From contig OZ316898.1 of assembly GCA_973895155.1 (NCBI GenBank), positions 7,179,079 to 7,243,078 on the forward strand: 64,000 bases of DNA, written 5' to 3'. Below, in pieces: positions 52,149-64,000 of the stretch (position 1 is the first letter of the stretch; each line of letters opens with the position of its first letter). The position numbers and the translations under genes are program-made. The notes beneath the pieces were generated by a model, which saw only the letters and a list, made by a program, of their open reading frames with translations, did no database searches and was not told the origin of the DNA. Source of the DNA: Marsupella aquatica. Lineage: Eukaryota > Plantae > Marchantiophyta.

Positions 52149-53329
52149 GCAACAACACAATAGAAATCCACATTCAAACAACACTGCTTATGGAGGTTTC
52201 CCTTTCTCTGAGGGCTCTTCTTAAATCACTTGTTGGTTCATTTATAAAGATACCGATTTCCCCAAAACAAAAACGAAGAACAGTGCCTATGGAGAAACAT
52301 CTGTTGATTATCGAATAAGTGAACCCACATACATTAGGCAGCCAGCGTTGAGCACAGGTCTACCGCAAGTGTTGTGATTACAAAAATGCTTTCTATTTCC
52401 TCTAAAATGATCCCAGCGATATTTTTCGAGATCAGATGAGTTGTACATCTAGATTTAACACTCGTAAGCAAATCCCTACAACTCCTTCGTCATGGATGCT
52501 GACCTCAAGGCTTTCATGACTAAAATCTGCTTTTGCAACTTTCATTGGAGTCCTTCAGATGAGCCTCTGGAAAAGGATCTGGGTACGATGCACTTTGTGT
52601 ATGAGATAATTCCATGCTACGTCATTCCATCCACAAGAGCCACAAAAGCCCCACAGCTGCGGATTCTGGCGGGCCACCACTTTTGCCAGAAGATAAAATC
52701 TTGCTTGAAGGGCTGCCATGGACCTGATGCATCAGAGTGTGTGCAACCGAATTGAAGAGCTAATTGTGTCCTCACTTGGGCTGCCTTCCCGCTATCTCGA
52801 ATAGCTCTACTACGTTCATTTTGAGGGTAGTTGATTGGAAGCAGAACACCCACAAACTATGAAAAGCCGAACATTTTGAGTGACGCTGAGTTTTAGCTTC
52901 AGCTTGATTGCATTGGCAGAGTTTCAGATGAATGATTGACCATGATGATAAGAGATTATGGAGCTGGCTGTTGGATAGAGGCACCAGCTGGGCTATGGCG
53001 GGGTTGGGTAGTCAAGCCTGGTGCTGGAAACCGTTCGTGGCAGAGTCTCGAGTGCTGATCATCGCAGTGTGAGCCCTTGCTTGTCCGTCTGAGGACTTGG
53101 CTGCCGTCTTGTCGTTCTACGTTGGACACCGAGGATGCCCAATTTCTCTTCGCTGCCAGATATAATGGTCTGTCGATCGATGGGAGTGGATGGAGCTGAG
53201 GATGATCAATTCTCTCTTGGGTTCTATCGAGGTAATTATGCTGACACATTGCGTCTGAGATGAAGACGATAATCGATTTGTTGATTGTTCCTCCTGTGAA
53301 GTGACGATGGGGCTTCCACTGCAGATGGC

Positions 53330-53850
53330 ATTGGGTCAAAGTCCATGCCCTGTCGTTCGTTGGCTACTGTGAACCAAGGTCTCAATGTTTTAGTTTCTGT
53401 CCCAGTCTCCTGTTTTTGATACTTGCTGCATTCTATCATGTTTTGTTGACCCTCACTTGGTTAAGAGATTTCAGGATTACGTGTTTCTTGAATTTTCTTC
53501 ACAGAACTCTCCTCGCGCACACTTCATTTCACCTGAACAATGAAAGCAATGAATAACATTCGCCTGCATCATTTTGAGTTAGTCCTCTGAACTGAAGATG
53601 GAGTCTCTACTGCAGTTGAATTGGGTCAAAGGTCCATGCGCTGTCCTGCTATGACTATTATAAACCCAGGTCAATATTTCGTTCAATAGTTCGTGTCCCT
53701 CTCCTGTTTTGATCCTTGCTGCATTCGCTCATGTTTTGTTATTGTCACTGGGTCATTGATTACATGCTTTTGAATTTGCCTTTACAGAAGTCTGCTGACA
53801 CACACTTCACTTCAGCTTAGCAATCACAACAATGAACTCCATTCACCTTA
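53330..53850 (+). repeat. ~290-bp diverged tandem duplication downstream of the PNC gene
   Basis: Copies start at ATTGGGTCAAAG at 53330 and 53620, and share GTCCATGC, TCTCCTGTTTT, CTTGCTGCATTC, CATGTTTTGTT, CACACTTCA and CAATGAA in order. Confidence 0.8.
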
Positions 53851-54512
53851 GTCTGCCTTTCCTCTGATTCCGTCATAAGTATTGCTAGTTGTTTCCTAGA
53901 TCATCGAGGTGTTTGTCACCTCCATCAACAACACAATAATGTATGTGGACTGCCAACAATACACAAATACACAATCAGAGTCATGAGTAGAAGAAAGAGA
54001 CGACTGAGGACCTCAACAGGCCACAATAGGCTTGTCGTACATGATTTTCCAGCTTCTTGGAAGTAAAATTTAAGTGAGTATCGAGACAACATAGAACGAG
54101 ACTAAAGTCATAGGTCATAGACCGTTGCAACCATTGCTCGTGAATTGCATTTTGGCTCATGGTTCCCATATACGGCAGATGAGGTTTCAAATTATATCTA
54201 TGTACAAATTGGATGATAGACAGGAGAATCCTGCCAACTATGCATTGGAATTCAGCGAAGTTCTGATGTGTTGGGGCCAAAGGAAACCCAGGAGCTCTCT
54301 GAAGCAAGCAAGATCACCTGTGCTAAGAGGCTGTAATCCACTAGTTTAGATCCGATATGATTGTTTTTGGGCCAAGTGGGTTTGATTCACCTTTTTGATT
54401 CCTGCTTGCGTTCCGTTTACCAATGGCCCAGCTTGCAATGCTCATCGAGCAAGATTCTGGTTGGGCATCACGACATATATTTTCAACGCATGATTGCATT
54501 TCTCTACTTGAA

Positions 54513-57027
54513 TTAGCCGCTCCTAACCCTTGAAGCCAATAAAGCACTAGCTCCTACTGGCGTCGTGATTCCAGGGGGTACTTTCACAGCCTCTAGTTTT
54601 CTTTTACCCTGAAGACTCCACTTACGCAGTGCCAGTAATACCGCCCAAGTTACTGCAGTCGTCTTCTCTTTGATCATCAGCATAAATGCAGCACCGAGAA
54701 CGGTCTTGAGGATTTGCGCACTTATTCCTTTGTAGAAGCCTCTCAGACCCTCCCGCATCCAAATCACTTGAAAAGCCTGACGCATATCTCTTATCGGTTT
54801 CTCCTTTCTAGTAGTTCTTGCATCATCAGAGTCTGCAGCTTGTATCATCACTTTTGAGCTGCAAGTGGAAAAAAAGATATAACGAAACCACCTTAAATTA
54901 AGTTCTTAGAGCCACTTGCTGAACCACGAACGAGAGGTATTTGATAGGCTGTGAATCGGACATCAGTAAAGCCTGACCATCAAATTTCAAAGCCGCAGGC
55001 ATACCAATATGGTACCGAAAGGATTCTGACTAGTATGAGCGCACACTCACCGAATCGCTGGATACGTGATAACAGTTGCAACGGTTTTTGAGAGGGCTCC
55101 CAATACAAATGCAGACAAGGCCGACAGCACTATTGGGGCAGCATCTAGACTTGAAGTCCCGACTACTGGTTTCAAAAGTCGATATTTTAGCTGTTCAAAA
55201 ACAGTGTACTGCAACAACCAACAACCAACCAGTTGTGCTCAATTCAAAACAATGTACAGAGAAGCTGTTAACAGTGAACGATCATTGGATATCCCGGCGT
55301 ACCTAGGAAACGTTAATGTTTTCCCTTTAGGAAGACCCTGCATTCAATGCCTCGAGCATAAAGTCATTTCTTTGCACATTTTTATGGCTATAATGTAGGC
55401 CATCACCGCAATATTCCTAACGCAGCCAGAGGACCACTTTGCCATGTTCGCAAGGTAATCTATTTGAGGTTTACGATGTAAATGGAATGAATGCTATAAG
55501 CTCCGAAGCCAAACTTGATATGAGACGAGGACATTAGATTCCGGAATCAGAAACATGCAGCATAAGTTAACCCAGATCAGTAAAAGCAGCTTGGTCCACA
55601 CATCGAAGGAAAACTCAAGCAGATGGAAAACACCTTCTACTCAGACTACTTAAAGGAGGATCCGGTGGCGTTCTGTTCACCTGAATGGCAGGATTGGAGG
55701 TTAGCACCAAGGAAGCTCCAATTCCAGCCCACAGTTCTTTCGCAGTGCTCCCTTTGAAAGTTTGCATTAGAGTCTTGGACTTTCCAAATGTGCTTGTCTG
55801 CATGCGTGCAGATGCAGTGTCGAGCGGCTGGACGACACAAGAAAGGTGAGCTACAACTCAGAAGCGAAGAAATTGCTTGCAACTCTTTCATTAAAATTGT
55901 GAGAGGATTCTATCCAGCCTCTACAACAGACATTGAGACATGTGATTACCAATACATCAGAAGGACGGAAACAAATAGTCGTCAGTTCAGCGGCAAACCC
56001 ATCCACTTGGTCATGAGTCCGAGCGCTTGTCGCATTCACTCCGTATCCGATTCTCAACGAGGAGTCACATTTTGGCCTTGACGAAGAGATTACAAACATT
56101 AACTCTGGATTAAGACCACCTAAATATCCACTTCGACAGGGAACTAACAATGCCAGTGACGGAGTTAAATGATTACCTGTGTAATAAATGCTGTACAAGC
56201 TCCCGCAAGTGCTGCAACAATGAGATTTGTCCCTGTGCCCATCCTCTTCAGCCCGCTTCGCTTCAAATAGTAATTCTTGAAAAAACCGTAACCGTAGAAG
56301 TAGATGAACTGGGAAATAACAGACTGAAGATTTTTGGTGCTGATGCCCTGATAAAGGGACAGAACTTGACGTTCCTCGACTGCCTCCCATAACACATCCG
56401 CAAGGGATCTGCATTCACTTACTCCACGGGAAAAAAATAAGAACAGTATGCCCCTGTCGACGACTTCCAATCAGCACGCCAATGCACCATGCAAGCATGA
56501 GAAGTGAATGACAACGATTTCTTGCCAGGCCAGAAAGCTCAACAGATTTTTGCAACACCAAGCGGTAGGACCATGAACACAGGAACATGAAGCCTTGCAG
56601 TGGGTATACAGTATATCTTATGTTCCAACTTCCCTTGATCACATGCCAAAAAAGGCATAGAACCCAACAATTATGACCCTGACTCTACTGCTAGAATTAT
56701 AAACGACTTGAGTTCACGGTCGTTGATGGATTCATTAAGGTGAGAGGAGAATTGCTGCTTCCAATATAATAAACTTTGCGATTTACTTTCAGCGACGTCT
56801 ACCCCAACTTGAATGAACATAGCAGAACAAGTGACCTGGCCAATTCCTGCCAAAGATATTACACCCAACCAAAACAACTCGCACCTGTATCTACGAGCAT
56901 GACCAGCTCGAGTCTCTGCCTGATATTTGGTCTTGCAAGTATCCAAAGGATATAGCAAAGTTGTGCTAAGAAGGCCCCCGACAGCTCCTGAGGTGGCCTC
57001 TGCCAAGGCTTCGAAGTCTAACCCCAT
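54513..57027 (-). CDS. PNC1: Peroxisomal adenine nucleotide carrier (mitochondrial carrier family, PNC1/PNC2-like); 5 exons
   Basis: Exons 57027-56885, 56408-56177, 55827-55681, 55208-55051, 54858-54513. Motifs: [86 protein letters not shown]. Confidence 0.94.
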
Positions 57028-58713
57028 AGCTGCATTGAGACCAATAACTTAATGAAAGCTGTAGTTGTTCGCATGAAAAGCAACCGTTTCTACAGCAATG
57101 CAATTTCGGAAGCCTTAAATCGAATATGAAAAAACTATGGAGAGACTACACGAAGAAATTTTCAATTCTTGGAAACCCTAAGGGAATTGAATAGACCCTT
57201 TCCTGGTCAGAAAAGGGGAAAAGATTCTTACTGTTCACAGCAAGCTCTTGATCGTTCTTGCATATACCAGATCCGAATCTTTCAGAGAATACGCCCCGCT
57301 GCTTCGCTTTCTCGAGAAGTAACGATAATTAACGTCACTTGCTGGATTAATTTGGGGCTCCAAGAGCACAGCAGTCCAGAGAGATCCTTCTCCCTCTCCA
57401 AATAAGTGATTCATACGAGTTGGAAGTACGTCTGGTCTCTGGTGCACCAAATTCTATCGAGAAAGGTCTCTCCCAATACACTATCAAATGAAACGAATCA
57501 GCTCCCCCCGGTCCTCCTGTGCTGACATTCCGTCCTCAAAAGATACATTGTAGATAACTCCAAAACTATTCAGATGCTCAGTCGGAACTTTGCCTCATTT
57601 GAGGTTGGCCTTCCGTCAGACGAGAGTGACTGCAGGCAAACCTTCACCTTCGATCTTGGAATAAGATATAACCTCGTAAAGTCTGCTTTGGTCGGGACGT
57701 TTGGAACAGAGATCCAGCACTAATTTATCCTTCCAAACCTTTTCAACAAGACAAGCTTCTCAATGTCTCCTCCGCCTACGATCCTCACTTGCAAGGACAT
57801 AGACCATAATTGCCGCCAATTAATCCCCCAGCTCCTAGACTTTGATGCAGCCCACAGGCAAGGCCCTCATGAAACATCCGCCCGAGCAGACCAGGCGTCA
57901 AATTCTCCTGTTAGAAAAAATCAATCGCTGAGGAGACCTCTCTTGTAATGCAATCCCGTGTCTCTGTGGAAGTTCTTTGTCCTAGGATTTAGATCATGAG
58001 AATTCGATGAAGGTGGGGAAGGGCGATCATCAACTATCGACTCCTTTAGGTCACCGAATTCCAGAGTGAAGTGAGGGCTCTCCCTAACAAAAGTGTTGTT
58101 CCGTCAGTCCGCAGGGCCCTCGTCCGCGGGAGATATTGCACGGGACAGGGGAAGGAACCGGGCGAGATTATCAATTTCTTATTACACTATGATACCAGAA
58201 ATCCCAATTGACTGCCGCAGAGTCCTTCAAGTGAACTGCAGGATCCAGCCATCATTGCAGGAATTTTAGTCCGTCAAATTCAAAGAACACCGAATGCTCG
58301 AATAGCTAAGATTTCTGTGCTGAGCTTTGACAAGCTCTTGAACCAAATTACGTAGGAACAAACAACAAAAACGAGACACTGTGTGAGTAGAGCTAAGATA
58401 TTTCTTTAAGGGAATTCCGAGAAAATTGAACGACTTGAACAGGACAGAGAGCTAACAAGATTGCTGCGAGCGAATTGACGAATTAAACGAGAGCTCCCAA
58501 ACACTGATGAGTAAGACAAGGAGAGGGAGCAGAGCACAACGAGAGGCAACGCTCCAGCACCAAAACTGTCGGCCTTCCTCCGGATCCTCTAGGGTTTCTT
58601 GTGGTCCGTCCTAATGGAAAAGGCACGACCTCTCTCGGGCCTGCCCAGTACCCACCAACCCGCCCGCCGGCCGGCCGGCAGCGAATTTCTTGACGTTTAT
58701 GGGAAATCAACAA

Positions 58714-59040
58714 CTCTCACCAGAAAGGCAGATTTGACAGATTGTGAACTCTCTCACCAGAAAGGCAGATTTGACAGCAGATTTGACAGATTGTGAGCTC
58801 TCTCACCAGAAAGGCTAGATTTGGCAGCAGATTCGACAGATTGGGAGCTCTCTCACCAGAAAGGCTAGATTTGACAGGATGAGAATTCTCTCACCAGAAA
58901 GGCTAGGCTTGACAGAAAGTGAACTCTCTCACCAAAAAGGCAGATTCGCTGCTGCTGGGCTTGTCAACTCTCTAAGCAGGAGGGCCGATTCGCTGCTGCT
59001 GGGCTTGACAACTCCCTCAGCAGGAAGGCCGATTCGCAGG
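58714..59040 (+). repeat. Tandem minisatellite upstream of the PNC gene: 6 copies of CTCTCACCA(G/A)AAAGGC
   Basis: Units of ~36-50 bp with variable GATTTGACAG tails, followed by two GATTCGCTGCTGCTGGGCTTG copies. Confidence 0.9.
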
Positions 59041-60489
59041 GCTCCCGACGACTTGAATTGCGGTCGATTCGGAACTCTCTCTGGGTCCCATTGCGGTCTC
59101 AAACAGAAGAGAGCTCTGTTTTCTGGCAGCTTATGATTGGACAGAGTCCAACGCCAAGCATCATTCTTTCTACTAAACGCTTTGGAGACATCATTCTGGG
59201 AATAATTTTGACACCTGGGTTTTGCCCTTTGCGAAGCTCGAGGAAGTGTGGAACTCTCGAGAAGACAGTCCAGTAGTCTACAGTTCTACACTGCTTGAAT
59301 GGGATCCTGCTACTCCTATTTTGGAGCTGGGTTATTACTGCACTTTTCCAGCATTCCAGTTCCTCGACATCATCGCCATCAAAGCCACCTTTAATAAGGG
59401 CAAGGTTTCATGGGCCTGGGGCACTCCCTCTGACACCCCCTGGGCCTCAAATACGCCGTATGCCAAGGTAGTTTAAATGTCTGAGTTGTGATTTACACCA
59501 CCACTGTCCACCAGGTTCTGGGAGGACAAAATAGAGCACTTTTTTTCTTACTGTTGTGGCTGTTTTGAGTCCATTTTTGGCTTATCTTTGTAATTTGGAT
59601 CCCCAAGGTTTTCCTTCAATGGCGCTTTTAATGGGTCCAGAATGCCCTGTACTGTTACTATACAGGGGCAGGGGGTACCCTTGAAATTTAAGAGGGAGTG
59701 CGAGGGAAAATCATACTCCCTACTACACTATTTGTACACCCCTCAGCCCCTGGGAAAGGCTGCAATTGTATTGGCTTAAACACTGTGACACATATATGTA
59801 TCCTCACTCCCAGCCCCATGGAACCTACCCCTAATAGGGTGCTCTTATAAGAATTCTGGGGCACTTGTGACTTTTGTACACCAATTTTCACCAAAATACA
59901 GTCTAGCATCTACTCCTGAGCGGTGTGACAGATCATGGTGGACGTGGGTGCAGACTGGGGAAACCTGGAAGATGTCATTGTGAACCTGGAGAGTCACTTA
60001 TATATATATATATATATATCATTTGAAAGACGAGCCTCAAACAAAAACAGAGATGAGGAGGAAACAAACCTTGTAGAGGAAAGAATTCCATGTTATTTGG
60101 TACTCATTTCTGCCTCCATTCTGTTTTTTGTTTGCACCCTCAATTTAAGTTATGCCATCACCAATTTTCACCGAAGTAAACTGGAGGGTCACTTATCTTA
60201 CGAAAAAAGCAAGATGCAAAGCTATTAGATAAACTTCCAGATTTGTTCAAGACTTTATGCTATTAGTACAGCTGTATATCTGAATTTTTTGAAAAATGTG
60301 CTCAATTGTAATGGCAGCAAAGGTAAACATTGTGCTTGGATGGACTGGCTGGTTATGAAGCCCATATATTCTGGCCAATCTGGGATGGACTTTGGCAGAA
60401 TGTCCAAAATGACCCTGATAACACCTAAATATAAATATTTGACTGAAATCTGATAACCAGTCTTCTGACCGTTTGCAGCCTATCTCAAT

Positions 60490-60775
60490 TAGGTTACCTG
60501 GTGGCAAGTAGCTGCTCATGCCCAATGCACTCAGAGCTTCTTTCAAAAACCTAAAACATCATTTTCAAAAGTGGTAGTTTGTTGCTCATGCCCAAAGTAC
60601 CCATGACGCCCTTCACAAAAGTGAAATGTTTGTTTTTAGTTGATTTGGTAATATGTGATCATCTTCATGCTCATAGGCAATGGAGCCAATGATCTCAAAC
60701 TAGTCTCAAACTTTGGCGGGTAATAGATTCACTATAGAACATGCAAACAAAATTTGAGCTTAATCCCACTCAATC
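60490..60775 (+). repeat. Dispersed repeat; homologue of 50880-51145 in opposite orientation
   Basis: Shares the colinear blocks listed for the 50880-51145 copy. Confidence 0.7.
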
Positions 60776-61340
60776 CAAGAGAGTGCAAAACCCTGAAAAG
60801 GATCTGACTAAACAGTTTTGTTCCCTCCTTTCCCAGGTTGTAAACAAACCATTGGAGGGATGGAGGTAGGATCCCTTATTATAGTGGTGGATTGTTGTAA
60901 ATGTAATTTAGATGTACTTTACACAATAATCATGCCTTGGCATTGCACGGACATTTCCTTTTATTTTACAACTTGATTTATGTGAGAAATAGATCCCTTT
61001 TTTTCTGCATGTATCCACCATCCAAGCATGCAATCCCACAAGAGTCTCAGTACACTTTGTGCCTGTGCCCTCTCCACACAAGTCTTGACACACAACAATC
61101 TGGATGCTCCAATTATTTAGGCACATCCAGTGGTTGAGAAATTAGGGGATGACATGGATTCTTCACAGAATTTTCAGATTTACCAATGTCTTTAACTGGA
61201 CCTGTAAAAATAAGTGGACCAACCAAGGTGCAACTAGACAAGTGCTAAGCCTAAATGATGCAAGTGGCTCAGGACCCTGCTGGATAACTATGGCAGTTGC
61301 AACAACTACGGCAATAAGCATACCAACCTCTCCCAGGCTC

Positions 61341-61460
61341 TACACGTTACCACTATGAGAGTCTACGTACAAGGCAAGGGATGTCAACTGACAACACAGC
61401 CTTTACACGTTACCACTATGAGACTCTACCAAGGCAAAGGATGCCAACTAACAACACAGC
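61341..61460 (+). repeat. ~62-bp tandem duplication
   Basis: TACACGTTACCACTATGAGA.TCTAC..CAAGGCAA.GGATG.CAACT.ACAACACAGC twice. Confidence 0.85.
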
Positions 61461-62370
61461 TTGGCACTGCAATCAAACCAACCAAACTGTACTGGGAAGA
61501 ATTTACCTCTGAACCAAAACTGACCAGATGCTTATTTTTATGTGCTTTATTGTGGCCATATCCAAGACTTTAACATCCACAGTAAAGTCCTTTCGAATCA
61601 ATACATTCGTAGTAAATCAGGAGTTTTGGATCGAAATCACCAGTCTATTCCCATTGTGTTGGAAGGAATGGGGAGTTTATTCCCAACCATATTCTGTCCA
61701 TCTATGTTTGCAATTGAAATAGCCAGGGCTTGGCTTGGTGGCTCAAGGGAGACTCAAATACCTTCATAATTTACACTTTACTACAGTTATATACATACAA
61801 GTTTATTGCTAATATGACAGCAATTTGCCAAAAGGATACAATTCTTTTCTACTATTGGATGTGGAACTGGAATTTGTAAAGTACTAACGAGAAGAAACTC
61901 CCATTTTGGAATTTGCAGTTTCTGAACAAAATCTCTGAGCAAATGAAGCTCGATAAGAATTGCTATCTAGTGAAGACAAATGCATTCTGTGTCACCTAAT
62001 GAAGATGGATCTTAAATATTTTCCTACATGTGCATCAGTACCACAGTTGGACAGTGATCTGATGCACAATCACATTGTTATGTACAAAAAATTTATTCTG
62101 GCCTAACCAAGATGATCTAACTGGTGATGGCTCAACATAGAATGCTTTGTACTAATCTAGATAATACCTGGACATGTTTTCATATTGGTCACCATAGCCT
62201 GGACGCTCTCTAACCCTGATGACTTAAAGATGGGAGGGAGCACTATATTTTACGAATACCAAATGTGTGCAATTTTACAAGGCAAGCTCAATGAGAAGCT
62301 TTAATTGGCTGTGTATGATGACAGAATGGGATAAGAAGTCGACTAATAAGCTCATTCAGAGTTGCCATGG

Positions 62371-63879
62371 TCAGGAGGATTTTGGAGTGGCAGTGTCGTC
62401 CTTGTTTGATTGGTTTTTCCCTTGCACTGACAACTCCAGAGACTGGATCAAAAGCTTGTTGAGAGACTCTGGAATCGGAATCACAGTCGCGTAACGTGAA
62501 CAACAATCACAAGGGATCAGACAAACTGCAGCACCTGGAAACTGCTTCCCAGTCTCCTCCGTCACGGCCTTTGGAACTTCATCAATTGCACCTGCTTGCC
62601 TCTGTAGCAGGAAAGAACATGAATTCAGAAAACTTGGAGACTCGTGTAATTTCCCCTTATGCAAACAGCCACTCTTACCTACGGAGTCTCATTCTGGATC
62701 CTCTCTCTGGAGCTCTCTTTTGTAAGTACCTACTAATAGGGATTGCATGTCTTTGAATAATAAGATGAATGGTATGAGGATGTAGAAAAAAAAAGATGGT
62801 TTTTGACAAAGCATGACAAATGAAAGTGCTCGCAAGATGAATCCCAATCACAGGAGCAGAAATAGCAGTAGATTGAATGACTAGGCTCTCTTCAATAACA
62901 GAGGCACGTACCTTAATAGCATCTACTAATGGCCCCCAGCATTCGACTCGATTGAACTCTTCCACATTAGAGTGAAAGTACACCCATACAAGGGCATTCT
63001 GCAATTCTGGGTGCTTCTCGAAAAGGTCTCTGTCGCCGTGTATGAAAGCCTCAAGTACCTGATTCACGGATACATTATCAGTCATCGTTCTGATCAACTC
63101 CTTTCAATTTGTCCCACAATTTTCCAGAATGATAAGTCCCATGTCCTCCATTTCCATTTGTAGATTCGTTAATATATGCCTGCCGTTAGAGTTACTCTGG
63201 GTGAGCTATGTCAATTAGAACCATGGCTATATACCTTTAGTCTGGTGAAAAACAAGAAGATTGACGAAAGCTTTGATCGTTCTGCTTACCAATGGAAGTT
63301 CTTTCTGGAAGATATCGAAGCGGAGGTTGGCTATGAGCCTGTGAAGGAAATTGGTTCCACTAATATGACAGTGGACGTGAAGGGACATTTCTCCTTGTGT
63401 CTTCCTCCATTCGGCCACCACTTCATCTCGCTGAAATTTGCTATACCACCCCATGACCTGCATGAATCCAGGTCAAACTATTCAATACCAGCTCCTGACT
63501 TCAATTATTTAGTTCAGGATTTCATCTGGATCGTGGTCAAAGCAAAATTTTCAAGTTGTCAACGTGAGACCTGATCTGCTGCATGTGGCTATTGATTTGG
63601 CGCCATTCCATCGAATTCGGCTGTCTAGAGGATTACCGATTAAAACTGTCTAATCAGTAGGTTTACCAAAAAGATAGGGACCTCATTCACCATCGTATAT
63701 AATACCTGTGACTTGTTGATCTCTCGGGCCACTGCCAGAGTGATCTTTGCAGTCATATCGCTGTGGGTCAGCGTGTATATGCGAGGATGCTGTAGTGGCT
63801 TCGTTGGATCATCTTTTCCCAGAAGCAGAACGCGGAATTTGGATGCATTGAAAATTGAAGGCCCAAACAATCTCGCTTC
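62371..63879 (-). CDS. SGR: STAY-GREEN magnesium dechelatase, copy B; last 4 exons, exon 1 beyond the window end
   Basis: Exons 63879-63706, 63457-63290, 63058-62912, 62601-62371. Internal exon sizes (174/168/147 bp) are identical to copy A. THSD, RDEVVAEW, HVHCH and CLIPCDCC are intact. Confidence 0.93.
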
Positions 63880-64000
63880 CTGATTCATCACCCACAGATA
63901 CACGCCCGCAACCAACACGTTAGCTAGGAACAAACTCGAAAACAATTATAAAACAATTGTGTCACTCTAATCTGCACGATTTTCTGTGTTGGTGACGAGT

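Noticed and set aside
52492-53339. ORFs of 78-127 aa on both strands
   Set aside because: No recognisable domain or consistent splice structure.
9260-63879. Possible senescence/peroxisome metabolic gene cluster (ARD, AAE13, USP, PGLP, SGR, PNC)
   Set aside because: The enzymes act in unrelated pathways and compartments, and nothing in the sequence shows co-regulation.

Overview
Eukaryotic, intron-rich land-plant genomic DNA; gene content and repeat style suggest a bryophyte, possibly a liverwort (inference only). Eight apparently intact spliced genes were reconstructed by hand, plus one cut by the window end: organellar ribosomal bL25/TL5 (+), an ECHIDNA/TVP23-like Golgi protein (-, start codon unresolved), acireductone dioxygenase (+), malonyl-CoA synthetase AAE13 (-), a UspA-family stress protein (-), STAY-GREEN copy A (+), a conserved unknown plant protein (+), a peroxisomal adenine nucleotide carrier (-) and STAY-GREEN copy B (-, 5' end outside the window). 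A four-exon phosphoglycolate phosphatase pseudogene is also present. Intergenic DNA holds MITE-like TIR elements, two fold-back hairpins, a 17-monomer higher-order tandem array and many small duplications. The most notable observations are a 154-codon Q/P/Y-rich exon on the ECHIDNA-like gene that the ORF track misses, an inverted pair of intact-looking SGR paralogues (copy A with a long, internally repeated N-terminus), a pre-miRNA-like 49-bp hairpin, and a MITE whose empty site survives in an adjacent duplicate. No tRNA, rRNA or true CRISPR array was found.
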